Source: Hydrolagus affinis
Taxonomy: Eukaryota
Assembly (NCBI GenBank): GCA_012026655.1
Contig: JAAILG010001033.1
Coordinates: 1-64,000, forward strand
Reading direction: 5' to 3'
DNA length: 64,000 bases
Shown here: positions 23,896-36,149 of the stretch, piece by piece
How positions within the stretch are numbered: position 1 is the first letter of the stretch
Layout: each line of letters opens with the position of its first letter
Made by a program: the position numbers and the translations under genes
The notes under the pieces: model-generated
Told to the model about the DNA's origin: nothing
What the model saw: the letters and a program-made list of their open reading frames with translations, nothing else
Database searches by the model: none

Positions 23896-24221
23896 TGTGG
23901 AGTCCTGTTAGCTCAGCGGTAGAGCCCTCACCTTATAAGCGTGAGACCTGTGCTTAGAATCCAGGCAGGTCAGGGCAAAAGCTTGGCGGGTTTCCTGACT
24001 CCACATGCCTAATAATAATCTGTCCAAAAAAAACTATAATAATTTGGTCACTCAATCCACAACTGTTTGTGGAACACTGCTATGCACAATCGGCTGCTGC
24101 GTTTTGCCCACAAAGATACAATCAATTCACTTTACAGTATATTCTGTGAAGCGCTTTGAGACGCTTGAGACGCTAGAAGATGTGAAAAGCACTATATCAA
24201 ATGCAAGGGTTATTATTATTA
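23896..24221 (+). mobile_element. SINE family A, full length
   Basis: ggagtcctgttagctcagcggtagagc head, Deu core, and tail gcactatatcaaatgcaagggttattattatta. Confidence 0.92.
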
Positions 24222-26196
24222 GTATAAATGCATGCATGAACATTCCACGTGTTAAAACATCTATTTGAAAGCTCCCACCATTGTCTGCAACATATCCTTG
24301 GATATCATTGTCCAGTCAAACCATGGTAGTATCCTTCTTTGGCAATCTCCTTCCATCTCCCCAGCTCCTGTGTCTCGTATATCATTGCGACTTCAAAACA
24401 ACACAATTGCGACTTGTATCACACAGCTGAAACCTTTACTGAAAGGTTGGGGCTTGTGTTTGAGTGAAATAGTATTCTTCCTACTGCAATAGCTGAGGCA
24501 TTTGCTTTAATTTGAAAGCATGGATCTATAAAGTGTCCTGTAGTGCCGGCCTCACTGGAGTGGTGGGGAGATGAGAGTTTCTTGTCTAGAAATGCACTTT
24601 AATATTTCAGTTTCCTCACTCAAACGTTCATCAAATCAGAGTAATTCTCTTCTCCCCAAAGTGGGGAAAATTGGTTCTTTTTCTGGGTGTTTTAGGTTTG
24701 TTGGATTTTGTGAATTTGTTCAAAGCTTTCCAACATCACATTCCCAAACCCTTCATTGTGTAACTTTTTTAGTATGATGCAAAAATCTACAAAAACAATT
24801 AATTCACCAAATAATTCAGTGTAGCGCTCATAAACCAGCAAATATTAAATGGCTCAAAACTGAAAGCTTTAGAGTTCTTCTAAGGCTTCATTAGCCTTAC
24901 TCTCTCCCACTAATAGCTAGTTACTCAGGGGTCAAATTTCATTGAAATTAATCCCAGATTTCAAGAAAATGTCTCTTGTGGACCCTCCACATGGCATTTC
25001 ATGTGGTCTTCCCTGTTAGTCATTGCAGCTCTCACCATATTTTAAAATGTAATGAACAACACATAGAGTGCACACATTTTTGGAACACAATACTTCATAT
25101 ATAATACACACACTTCTCCCTAAAAGTACATAGGTTCCAGAGGGTATGATGCATTAGTGAATCACTTTGCTATCTATTTGTTGCAGAGTTATAATCTTAA
25201 AGAGCCTAACAGCTCACAGTAATTTGCTGTGCTAAGGTTATGCGTGCCTTGCTATTCTGTTCGAAGAAACCAAAATTACTTCAACACATTTTTTTAAGCG
25301 CTTCAGTTCATAAGGAGATGGAAACTTTTTCGTCACAAGATTAGGAAATTGTTGCAAATTTAGAACACAGCTTCACGCTTCAATCACTCAGTGCAATCGA
25401 AATGCGTAATGTTAAAAGGTCTTGGATGCATTTCTGAGATCCCGGCAAACCAGTCCTAAAGTCCTATAGAACTCTCACCCTTGTTTTAATATCACCTCAA
25501 ACTCTCCTGGTCTGATGACTTTGTTTTGGAACTGCAATAGCATGACTCTTGTGGTTTAGGTTCGCAAAGACATCAAATAATGCATGATACCTTAAATCAA
25601 TAACTGAGAACAGAAACTGGCTGTATTCACTGATGCTTGATGTAACCATGGATGCTGTACGTTTATAGGAACACTAGGTGTCAGTAGAGTCTAACACCAA
25701 TATAACTGACAAGTTTCTCATCTCCAATAGGATTTACTTTACTCATGTATAAAGGCTGCAATATGCATTTATTGGTGTGATTTTCAACAGGATAGGTGCT
25801 ATTGAGTTTCCCCTGGGCAGTGAGGATGAGGGTGGGTGTTGGGTACTGTCTACAATCTAAAAAAAACTCATGTACAATGGTGGTTAAATTTTTACGTCCT
25901 CAAATAATCACCAAGAAGAGGTCACAGTCTGTTTTAATGGCCCAATTTTTGTTTGGGACGGTACACAATTTGATCAATATCCTTTCCCACTTCCACCCGT
26001 CCTTCAAATGAGTGCTTGTGATACACGTTGGAATTCATGGCTGGAGCAGGAGTAATGTGCCAAGCATCGAGTGCTCAGATAGCTGAAAGATATGAGACCT
26101 GTTTACACTATCTGCTTCTTCAGTCAGTAATGAACTCTTGAGATTCAGATAACACTGAAAGAGGAGTGACTGGCGATAGTGAAGATTTTCTTGCTT

Positions 26197-26370
26197 TATA
26201 ATAATAATGTTCCTTGCATTTGATATTGCGCCTTGTGTATTTGAGACATCTCAAAGTGCTTCACAGATATACTGCAAAGTGAATTGACTGTATATTTTGT
26301 GGGCGAAACACAACAGCCAGTTGCTCACAGCCGTGTCCCACAAACAATCGAGGGTTGAATGACCCAATTT
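26197..26370 (-). mobile_element. SINE family A, 3' half
   Basis: ataataataat...ccttgcatttgatat...gtgggcgaaac...gtgtcccacaaac. Confidence 0.85.
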
Positions 26371-28541
26371 TTAAAATTTATTTTGAAAGTATATGTTTGA
26401 AGGTATAGTAGTAAGGAAACTTATTGTAGATTTTTTTGAATTTTATTTTATTGTAGATTTTGTACTGTAGAGTGCACAGAATAAAAAGCCAGTAGGATTA
26501 CTTCACAAATTTAAGATAATGTACAATTATGGAGAATTCAGAGATTCACTTTTAATTCGTGAGATGGTTCTTTTTAAAAATGGTTTGAAAAGCTGATTCT
26601 TTTCTCTGAAAGAATTTTCTACTGTTCTGTTTGTAAAATCTTAAGTACAGTATTTAGAGAAAGTGCTCTTCTGAAATATCATACTTCATATTACTAAGAA
26701 TAACTTACACCTATATAGTGCCATTCATGTGACATAAACATAGAGAGGAATTTACAAAATCTAATTGATTAGAAATTAAAGTGAAGGTTGACAAATCAGC
26801 AAATAAAACTTACTTGTGCTTAGTTTTGCTGAATTAAGTTAAAGTCAAATTAGTTATCCAAGAAAATGTACCAAGTCTCTCGAAGAACAGACTATAAGTG
26901 ATTCCTGTTACTAATGGATTAAAAATTGGTTTAAAAAAATTCACAGCTCTTGTTGCACATTTTCTACATGCAATTTGTGCTGTGAATCTTGTAAACGTGG
27001 AACTTGAGAAAGTTCCTAAACACGACATTGGCAAGTGCAAAGTGAAAGCTCGGGATTGTATAGGTTGGTCCTGTAGTCCACGATTCTATCAGCCACTGAG
27101 GAAAAGGGTCCAGATTCAGAAACTTGCACATATGGAATTTGTATGAATGTTTTATATGCAGTAATTCTGAAAGCATGTAAGATTGACAGACAAAGCAGAT
27201 GACAGAAGTCCCTAGGGCATCAGTTTTGGCAAAAAAACGGGTTGCTTTACTTTCACTTATTTCCTTCTCAATATTAAAATCACCAGCTGGTACTTTATAA
27301 AATCAGGAGGAATTTAAGACCAGAAGGAACAGCAGTGAAACAGTGTCTGATATATTGGAGGGAAGCACAAGATAGACTTTTAGCAAAGAGGTTTAAATGA
27401 GGAAGACCCTTTGGACTAAATTATCATTTCCTTCCTGAATACAGCTCTTGCCATCTTCTCTGTTCAGAATCAATCTATTTCCAACTATGATTGAACAAAC
27501 TAGTGTTTCTCTGTGTTTGTCCTAACTGCCTTTCACAACTGGGAGCCTGTGGCTGCTTGTTCTACTGCCTTGAAAGTTATTCTGAAAGTTATTCTTCTAA
27601 AGTGGAGAAGGGGGTGGGTCAGTGAGAATTGATTAATAATAATTTGATATAGTGCCTTGTCATATCTTTGAGATGTCTCAAAGCGCTTTGCAGAATATAC
27701 TTTAAAGTGAATTGACTATATTTTGAGTTGGAGGTCGGAGATGGTAAGTTTGAGGTGGAGGAGAAAAGTAATTTGATGGATTGTAATGGTCAGGAAATAA
27801 AACTGACAAGATAGCAAAGCTTCAGACCAAATGAATGGCAAGACCAAATGAACTGGCGAAGATAAAAAGGTTGATTGATAACAGCAAGAAGTGAGTGCAC
27901 AAGAGAGAGTGTTGTACAACAGTGTTCCCATTTCACTCCTAAAGTTGCACTCCTTCATGCACCATAGCTCTGGTTTGGTCGGGTGGCACGGGCGACACAT
28001 TGGTTAGCCAATAATCCAAGACTTGAGATGCAACTGCAATATAACTCATCAGCATTCCCACAGCATGTCAAGCACAATAATTGATTTGAAATTGTGACCC
28101 ACTCCAAATTGGATAATAAATTTATTGACTTATCCTCAAACTTGTCAGTGCAGGCATTGGTAGTGTTGTGAAGCAGTGATTCGGGTTCCCGTTGTATAGA
28201 AGCTGTCAACGTGGTAGAAACAGAATGACTAAAATGAAAAAGCCTTTTGCTTTCAGCTGTGTAATTGAAGCTCCTGCTGTGAAAGTTGAGAGGTTACCTG
28301 TAATTATTCTGCATGCAAATGATAACTTCTTCCTTCCACTAGGTGACAATTCTGACTGCAGCAATCAATATTTCCAAGCTTGATGAGTTGATTGCATATT
28401 GACAAAATTGGTATTTTCTTTAACATTTTCCAGAAACTTATTTGAGGGTTGTTCGTTACTAGAATCCCTGCATGAATGAAGAGAAGCAATGCTTGGCATG
28501 GAAGGTGCTCTGATTTAAGAGCAAGCCATTTCAATCAGAAG

Positions 28542-28948
28542 TAACAACAACAAAAATTACACCTGTATAGCACCTTTCGTGTCAGGAGGATGTCTCCAAG
28601 GGGCTGGACAGTCATTGTTTCAGACCCGAGATGGGGTCGGGGACGGGGAGGGTGGAGGGAAAGTGGGGAATTGGGGTGACCAATGGATTGTCGAAAAGGA
28701 GGGTCTTGAGGCGGGACTTGAAGGAGGCTAGGGAGGGGGCGAGGCGGAGGGACTGTGGGATGGAGTTTCAGAGGTTGGGGGCAGAGTGGCTGAAGGCTGG
28801 CCCACGAATGGTGGAGCGGATGGGTCAGGGGACGTGGACCAAGCCAGAGCCTGCTGAGCGGAGGGGGCGGGCAGGTTGGTATGGGGTTAGGAGGTCGCAG
28901 AGGTAGTGTGGGGCGAGGCCCTGGAGGGCTTTGAAGATGAAGACCAGG
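28542..28948 (-). mobile_element. L2 LINE 3' end
   Basis: Minus strand reads LVFIFKALQGLAPHYLCDLLTPYQPARPLRSAGSGLVHVP*PIRSTIRGPAFSHSAPNL*NSIPQSLRLAPSLASFKSRLKTLLF, then a UTR and (TTG)n tail. Confidence 0.92.
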
Positions 28949-29924
28949 ACCAAAAGCATTTCATTTTGGTTATCAATTTGGTGCCTCTCACAAAAGAACC
29001 AAATTCAGTATAGCATATATACAAATTGTATTTATATAGCACCCTTCATGTAATAGCTTCTCAAGTACTTCATGATGGCAAGACTTTCCCTTGTCCTTTT
29101 TATCCATATTCCTTAACATGGCTGCTGTGTTTGCCCACGAATACAGGCACTACATTTGTCAGCAATTCCTTTTGAAGTGCTTTGAGATGTTTCAATAATT
29201 ATAGCTACTGTATCAAAGGTAAGGATTATTATTGTTGTAACAACGCTGCTAACCACTCTGATGAGCAATCCACCGGTGGCAGCTCATTATCTCATCACCA
29301 TACCACGAGAGTGCTGCTGAATGAAGACATTTACATACTGTACTTCATTCTAACAACAGGGAAAATGGCCAAAGTAAGCAATGGGCAGACTTCTTGCTGC
29401 CAGTAACCTGTTGTCACCTGCCCAGAGCACATTCTAGCCAATGTGTTTATTGGATCATGAACGTAAATCAACCTAAATATTCCAAAATGTGGATATTTAT
29501 TAAAAAATGTAACCAGATTACACAGTTGGGTAAATATTAATTTCGATATGTCCACAAAGTTTTACAACTTTATAAACTGTTTGTGATTTTTGGTCAATAG
29601 TAACATTAACTTACCAGCCACAAATCTAAGGCATTAACAAAAATGTATTTCAGCACTGGAGACAAACTTTGTGCTTGTTCCCACACTGCAGTCAAACAAG
29701 CTGGAGTCTACCCAACAGGAAATTAGCAGGTTAACCAACAAGGCTTTAAATCCATATTTGAACATGGATTTGTAAATAAATGTATCTCTATTGCTTGTTT
29801 AGATAAGATACAAGGTTTAGTTACAGGATGATAGAGAAGCGCAGGTCTTTCAAACAGTTTTCAAACCTCCAAATTGCTTGAGACCAGGTCAAACTCTCGT
29901 GACATTAGAGCTCAAAATCCAAAC

Positions 29925-30180
29925 TAAACTATCACAAGATCACTAGAGAGACCCCGAAGAAGTAAGCCCTTCAGCCACTTTGATCTCACGCTTCCAGAAT
30001 ATCCCTCTCTCTGCTCTCCCAATACAGCATCAAGCTGTTTCCAAAATAAATTCAGTGTTCATAACCTCAACCAGCTGAAATGAAGCCCTTTTTTTATAAC
30101 ACTGATTCAAGTGGGAGGCAGATCCAATGCTTCATCACGTATTTTCCCAAATTTGATTCCTATTCTATGAAATTCCACAT
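29925..30180 (-). mobile_element. CR1 3' fragment
   Basis: tcacaagatcac...cccttcagcc...acagcatcaagctgttt...cctcaaccag, the same pattern as 39060 and 63860. Confidence 0.55.
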
Positions 30181-31989
30181 CAGTGGAGATGGTCGTGGCG
30201 CCTCTTAAGTTGCAATATTTCTAGTACCTTGGGACGTCCTCCTGACGCAATACAAATGTAAGGCAGTATACAAGTGTAATTTTGTTGTTGTTGTATGAAG
30301 TCAGCTAAGTTCAGTGGTAATTATTTTTTTTACTTGTGTAGGGAGAGGTGGGGTGGGGCAGGGGGTTAGTGGGGGAAATGAAATACAGCCTTCATTTCAA
30401 AGCTTCAGGGTGAGGCATATCTAAATGTGTTGCCCTTCTCAAGTCATGTAGACAGTCGTTACTTACCTCCATAACCTGTGAACAGTGTGTTTGTGTGCCT
30501 GATGTCTCTTTAGTCAAGGCATCTCACCATTCAGAGCAGATCTAATGGTGTTTTGTTGTGCCCTCAATTTGTTTTATGAGGTAGTTTTCCTTCTCTCTGA
30601 TACATGGCTTTCAAATCAATGTCCAAAGTCACTGCCAAAAGAGCCTGCATGGCTTTAGAGGAAAGGATCCAACACAATGATTGTCAACCAAGTAACAGCT
30701 GGAGCAATGTAATAGGGAGGGGAAAATCTAGAAAAAGAGCACATTGAAAAGCCTGTAAAGACTGACAGACATAAGCGATAAACTGCTTTTAGGGTTAGTG
30801 ACGAGATTCAATGAGGACAAGCTGTGCTAGAACATCTGATAGGATTAGTGCGTATCTAATCATAATAGTAATAATAATAATCCTTGCATTTGACATGGCG
30901 CCTTAACATATCTTCGAGACATCTCAAAGCACTTCACTTTGATGTTTTGTAAAGTGAATTGAATGTATATTTTTAATATTTTCATGTATAGTTTTATATG
31001 TATATTTGTATGAATATCTATCCTGGAATTTAAGAGTTATTTATTCACTTACGTGATCAGCTGAATACGTATTTTAAAAATAAATAAACTCAGTAGCAAG
31101 CAGTTGAAAATGTGTAAACTTGAAGTCGTTTTGTTACAAGTATGTTTTACTGTAGCATAACGGAATCTTTATCATTCAGGTAAAGATAAATGAGTTGAGT
31201 GGAAAGTCAATAGAACAGAATGTATTGCAGTTCATACAAGACAAATTTAATTTTGAGACTATCTGGATCATCGGGATGGGACTGCCGTTGACTTTACATG
31301 ATGCACTGTGAGAGCTTGGTATTGACAGACATAGTGTTTGAGGAACCCAGGATTACAGGAAAACAAAACAACAAAAAAAGTTACTGCATCAGAGGGAAGG
31401 AGTGAAACCAAGGGCTGCACTGCAGCCGACTGATTAAATTATTGATTGGTTCTACACAAACATAGACAGCTTGGAGTGCAGCTCCGTCAAGATGCAATAA
31501 AGGTTTTGTTCACATTGTTGAGCTTGGGGAAGAGCAGAGTGATGGAGCAAAGCATTCTTAAAATACTGTTATTAATAATAATAGCAATCCATGCGATTGG
31601 ACACAGATTAAGATACAGCATAAAGTCAACGTAACATACAGTATACTCCACTCTGCCTACAGCAAAATGAGTTTTCCTGTGCTCCAGTTCCTGGCAGCAC
31701 AGTTTACGACCATTAATACTTGTTCCAAGTATTGAAAACTTGGAACAAGAGAACATACATTTGGTCTCAGGGGCTCAATCCCTTCAGCAGTCAATTTCCA
31801 CTATCATAGACTGTCTCTATGTTGCATCATCTTCCGAGGAAAGAGAATGACCACAGGTGAATCTTCCAAGAAGGTATAAATCGGCGGAATTTCTCCCGGA
31901 TCTCCAAAAGCCACCTTGTAACAACTAATAGACTACTCATCTATTGTTATAAACCAGATGAATTCTGACCCACAAATGATACAATGCTT

Positions 31990-32350
31990 GCAGCACTCTA
32001 CAGTCTTCCTGCAATATTTGTTCAGGTCCATAAATATCCTTGGAACCTTCAACTCCATCCTCAACAAAAAACAGCATTTTATCAGCTGCCTTTTAAGAGA
32101 GTTAATCAACATACGATGTATTGCTTTCGAAAGGAGTGCATTCCACAAGACAACTATTCTGTGGAGGAAACAAATTCTTCCAATCTCTAGTATTGCTTGA
32201 GGCTTGTTAATTTGTACTCCTACCCTCTAGATGTGTAATTGCACTTAAACAACTTCCTTACATCTGCAGTATCCATCCCATTCAGTATTTTAAAAGACTG
32301 AGTCACATCCCTTCTCAGGTTGCTTCTCTCCAACGAAAACAAAGCCCATG
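31990..32350 (-). mobile_element. CR1 ORF2 C-terminal fragment
   Basis: Minus strand reads LFSLERSNLRRDVTQSFKILNGMD...RG.EYKL...RIVVLWNALLSKAI...INSLKRQL. Confidence 0.85.
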
Positions 32351-32709
32351 GCTAGCTGGCATCAGTTATAATCACTAAAACATAGGAAGACAGCAAGTGT
32401 AAACGTGAAAGCTCCATGTTACACATGCTGGAACTGAAGTTAAGGTCTCATCGGACTTGTTAGCACATATGAAAGAGAATTTCCTGGGCACATGTGAGTA
32501 AGCTAGAAGCAATATATTCAGATCTAGCAGTAAGTCAGCAAAACATCTACAGCATTCTCAACACTGCATACAGCGAAATGTCAATGCTCAACTGATAAAG
32601 CAACAGTGGATTTTTTCCCCCAGCAGTCTCTTTGGGCTATTTCATACTATTCCATTACAACTTTGTGTATTCTTCATCTGCAGATTATTTTTACTAATTT
32701 CAGCTATTA

Positions 32710-32920
32710 CAGTAAAAGCCCATTTATCTGACCTGATCAACCATAACTTCTGTGTAACTGGCACATCAAAAAAAAAAGGTCCGCATTCGATTAACCGGAA
32801 TTTATCTGGAAAAATGCTTTATTAAAAAAAAATTTGGGGTGTTTTCGGCTGAATATCCGGCACACACTTTAACCAGCATTGGCCAGGTCCCGAGCATGCT
32901 GGATAAACGGGCTTTTACTG
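32710..32920. mobile_element. Tigger/pogo-type MITE, 211 bp, with TA duplication
   Basis: ta|cagtaaaagcccatttatct ... ggataaacgggcttttactg|ta. TIRs match at 18/20. Confidence 0.88.
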
Positions 32921-33594
32921 TATATCTTATGGTAGTGACTAGAGTTCTGCTTTTTTTTACTCTCGGTGAAGCTCCAAAAAGAGGGTTTAGAGCAGAAGGC
33001 AATTTATCTCCAGAGCAGCGTCCAACCACTTTATTCAGTCCAAGGATTTAACTATACTCTACTCAGAGACCACAACTGCCCTCGGATACCTTTACCACTT
33101 CCAAGTTGGATTGTCTCAGGAGGGAACTCTATCCAATATACGTTAAGCAACAGTGTGAAAACCTCACTGGATACAACAAGGTTCCAGAAAGTAATATCTT
33201 GCCTCATTAAGCCTGCAGCCCACAGCACATTCAATGCTTTGCCATCTATGAAACTGTGTGTGTCAGAACCAATACATACTAGTGTGCCAGTTCGACTCAG
33301 TAGGCAGCACACTCGTTTCTGGACCAAGGTTTTGTGTTCATGTCTTTGCCAGGATTTTAAATCACAATCTAGACTGTCACTCTAGCACGGTACTGAGGAG
33401 GTGAAAATGCTGTGTTGCTGAAATACTAGACAATACCAGACACCCTGACAATACCAAACAATACTAGACAAAGGTCCACGCTGCCTGTTTGGGTTAGAGT
33501 TAAAGATTTTATGCTTTTTATCTTAAAAACTTGTTTTAAATAGCTCATTTTGTTAATTACATTTCCCAATTATTTACCCATATGCCTTCATTCT

Positions 33595-33701
33595 AAGCAT
33601 CCCTCTTGCTCAGGTCCAAACCCCCGACTGCCCAGTGCCGTGGGACGTCCTCCAGTCGTGAATGATGCTATACAAATGTAATTTGTTGTTGTTGTTGTTG
33701 A
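33595..33701 (+). mobile_element. L2 3' UTR and tail
   Basis: cccagtgccgtgggacgtcctccagtcgtgaatgatgctatacaaatgtaatttgttgttgttg. Confidence 0.8.
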
Positions 33702-35269
33702 GTATGGTTCATTCAAATAAGTGGACAGTTCCATGATGAATCATCAGACCAACAGCTAATACTGGCACAGCTTATCACTGTATACACATTAATTCAGTAA
33801 TTCGCATCCTGTTTGTACAAGGAAGCTGACAATTTTGCAACAATGAAGATACAGAAATGAATTTTCTTGAACTGTCTTTAAATCATCAGTTTAAAGTGAG
33901 ATCTAAAAAATGCCATCTGAACAAATGTGGTTAATTCAGGATGTTGGGGGTAATAATTTTTAATAAAAATTGTTGCATTTGACATAAGGCCATCGACGTT
34001 GGGAGGACATCTAAAAATCCTTTGCAGAAATTACCTGAAAGTGTGATGACCATCTATTTTGTAGTCAAACACTTTATTTTACAAGGCAATCCTTCCCTCA
34101 CCAGTACATTTTGCTGATCTGAAAAATACATTCCCCCATTTCTGGTTATCTTGTGCCTTTTTCATGTGAAAATAAAATACTTTCTAAGTTCATCTGCAAA
34201 ATAGCTATGTGTAGAAATTGGCTTTGAGCTGCGGGGATAAGCACGATATGACCACGACCACGACCACGAGTCTTTAACAGTAAAGATCATTGTGTGTTTA
34301 TAATCACACAGCACACACTGTCCACTGTTTGAGCAAAACAATTGAAAGATTTTTAAAAAATCAATATAAGATTTAGTTGATGGTCTACCATAAACCATAG
34401 GAAAGTGTATCTGCAGACTGTAGTGGGAAAACACTGCCTCTTGGTTAAAGAAGTAACTATGTGTGAAATAATGCACTTTGTCATAGACTTCGGGCACTGA
34501 CACACAATTTGCTACTTATGTAAACTTTAGCACAATGTAGCTGATTCTTTGTCATAAAGCGGGTGTATGTTATGGATGTGATCAAGTACAGTTGCTCACA
34601 CAGTGTAAATTTAAACACTCTGAAAACCTAAAAGCCATGTTATGTAAGACTGAAGACTAATGTTGACCCAATAAATTATTTCCATATCTAAAATGTGTTT
34701 CATTGGCCTTGTTAACTACGTGTTAGCTGAGCTTAACCAGTAGATTGCAATATATAACATATAGAAAAAGCTAAATTGCTTTTATTTGTGTGTGCTGTGA
34801 CTTGTGCCATTACTCTGTGTGCTTTCCTTCCTGCACCAAGGTACAGAAAGCGATATTTTGTTTGTTGGTGTGAAGCGCCATTTCACACCACAGAATAAAT
34901 ATGCAAAATTTAATTTTCTAATATGTAATTTTTTGTTGTTCAGGCAGTTTGGTGGCTATGTGCCTGCTTGTAACTCACTTGGAGGTACTGTAATGTGTCT
35001 TGTATCCATCCAATATTTGGGGAAAAAAACTTTGCTTCACCCTGTCTTCCTGGCATGTGATGATGTCCCACTGGGAGTGTTGAGAACAACAATGGTTGTT
35101 GCAGTTGCTGAAGATGCAAGTCGAAAGAGCAAATCCTGGCAGCAATAGCAATCATAGAGTTCTGTCCTATAACTGTTAAATGATTGGCACACTTTGGTAG
35201 TCATTTAACTGTCATAGCTCTCTCAAGATAGTTTTCTTTCTGTGCTTTCAATATTTAAGATTCTGAATC

Positions 35270-35480
35270 GAAATACCGCTACTTATTAGGGTATTCGCCT
35301 GCTCATTCTCTGCATGTTCAAAGCTGTTTCAAGATGTACCCATTAGGCCAAGCTTTTGGTCATCGTTCCCTTCCCCACCATCTTCAGATCCTAGCCCCCT
35401 CCCACCAGCTCCCCCTAGTAGCGTGAAGCACTTTGTGACTTCCTTTTGACATGGAAGGAGCTATATAAATGTAAATTGTA
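35270..35480 (+). mobile_element. Degraded L2 3' end
   Basis: ttcaaagctgtttcaagatgtacc...caagcttttggtca...gtgaagcactttgtgac...gctatataaatgtaaattgt. Confidence 0.6.
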
Positions 35481-36149
35481 CCGTATCAAATGTTTTTCTT
35501 GACCTCCTCACTTCCCTATTCAGTTGCATAGTGAGGGAAATTGCACAGAAAAACACAGTAACTACTTCACCAAACATTTCATTGTAACAATCAGTGCATC
35601 ACACAGATTTCTGTATGGATTTGAATAACTAGACATGTACTAAGATTGTACAGATTAATACTCATTGATTTTAATAGTGCAAGAAAATGGATATTTTGCA
35701 TATACTGTACCATGTGGATAGATGAATTTGACTGTAGAAGTAGTTTTCAAAGATGCGACTGTCAGATTGGAGATATATAGTCACCATAATACTGCTAGGA
35801 AGTGGGATCCCCTCATCACTTTCTGGCAGGTGTAAAACAATTGAACGAGGTTAATTTCTTTAACCTTTCACTCTGACTACAGGTGTCAGTGTCTTTCCAA
35901 TATAAGTGCACGTCATGGAAAGGACCCAGAGAACAGTGCCCTACACGAACAAGAGCAAATTGGTCCAACAAGACAACAAGGTTGAGTAAGGTCCACCCTC
36001 CAGGGAGACAGAACCCATTCCAGCCCAGAGCATTTTATATGCGTAGGTGACATATTTGTGAGGAACTCTCAGTCACATTTAGCTACTTTTAAACACAGTG
36101 ATGGGTTTTTACAGGTCAGACACCTGGTTAACCAAAAGGTAAGGCAATA

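Noticed and set aside
28631-28906. Gly/Arg-rich 91-aa ORF
   Set aside because: It is the antisense reading of the L2 ORF2 end.
33420-33470. Short repeat arrays (aatactagac units; (GACCAC)3 at about 34250; 35-bp duplication at 45750) as CRISPR-like
   Set aside because: Simple slippage repeats without spacers, in eukaryotic DNA.
34944-34990. FGGYVPACNSLG, resembling a thyroglobulin type-1 motif after a plausible acceptor
   Set aside because: The donor is weak (GTACTG) and no QC or CWCV motifs follow.
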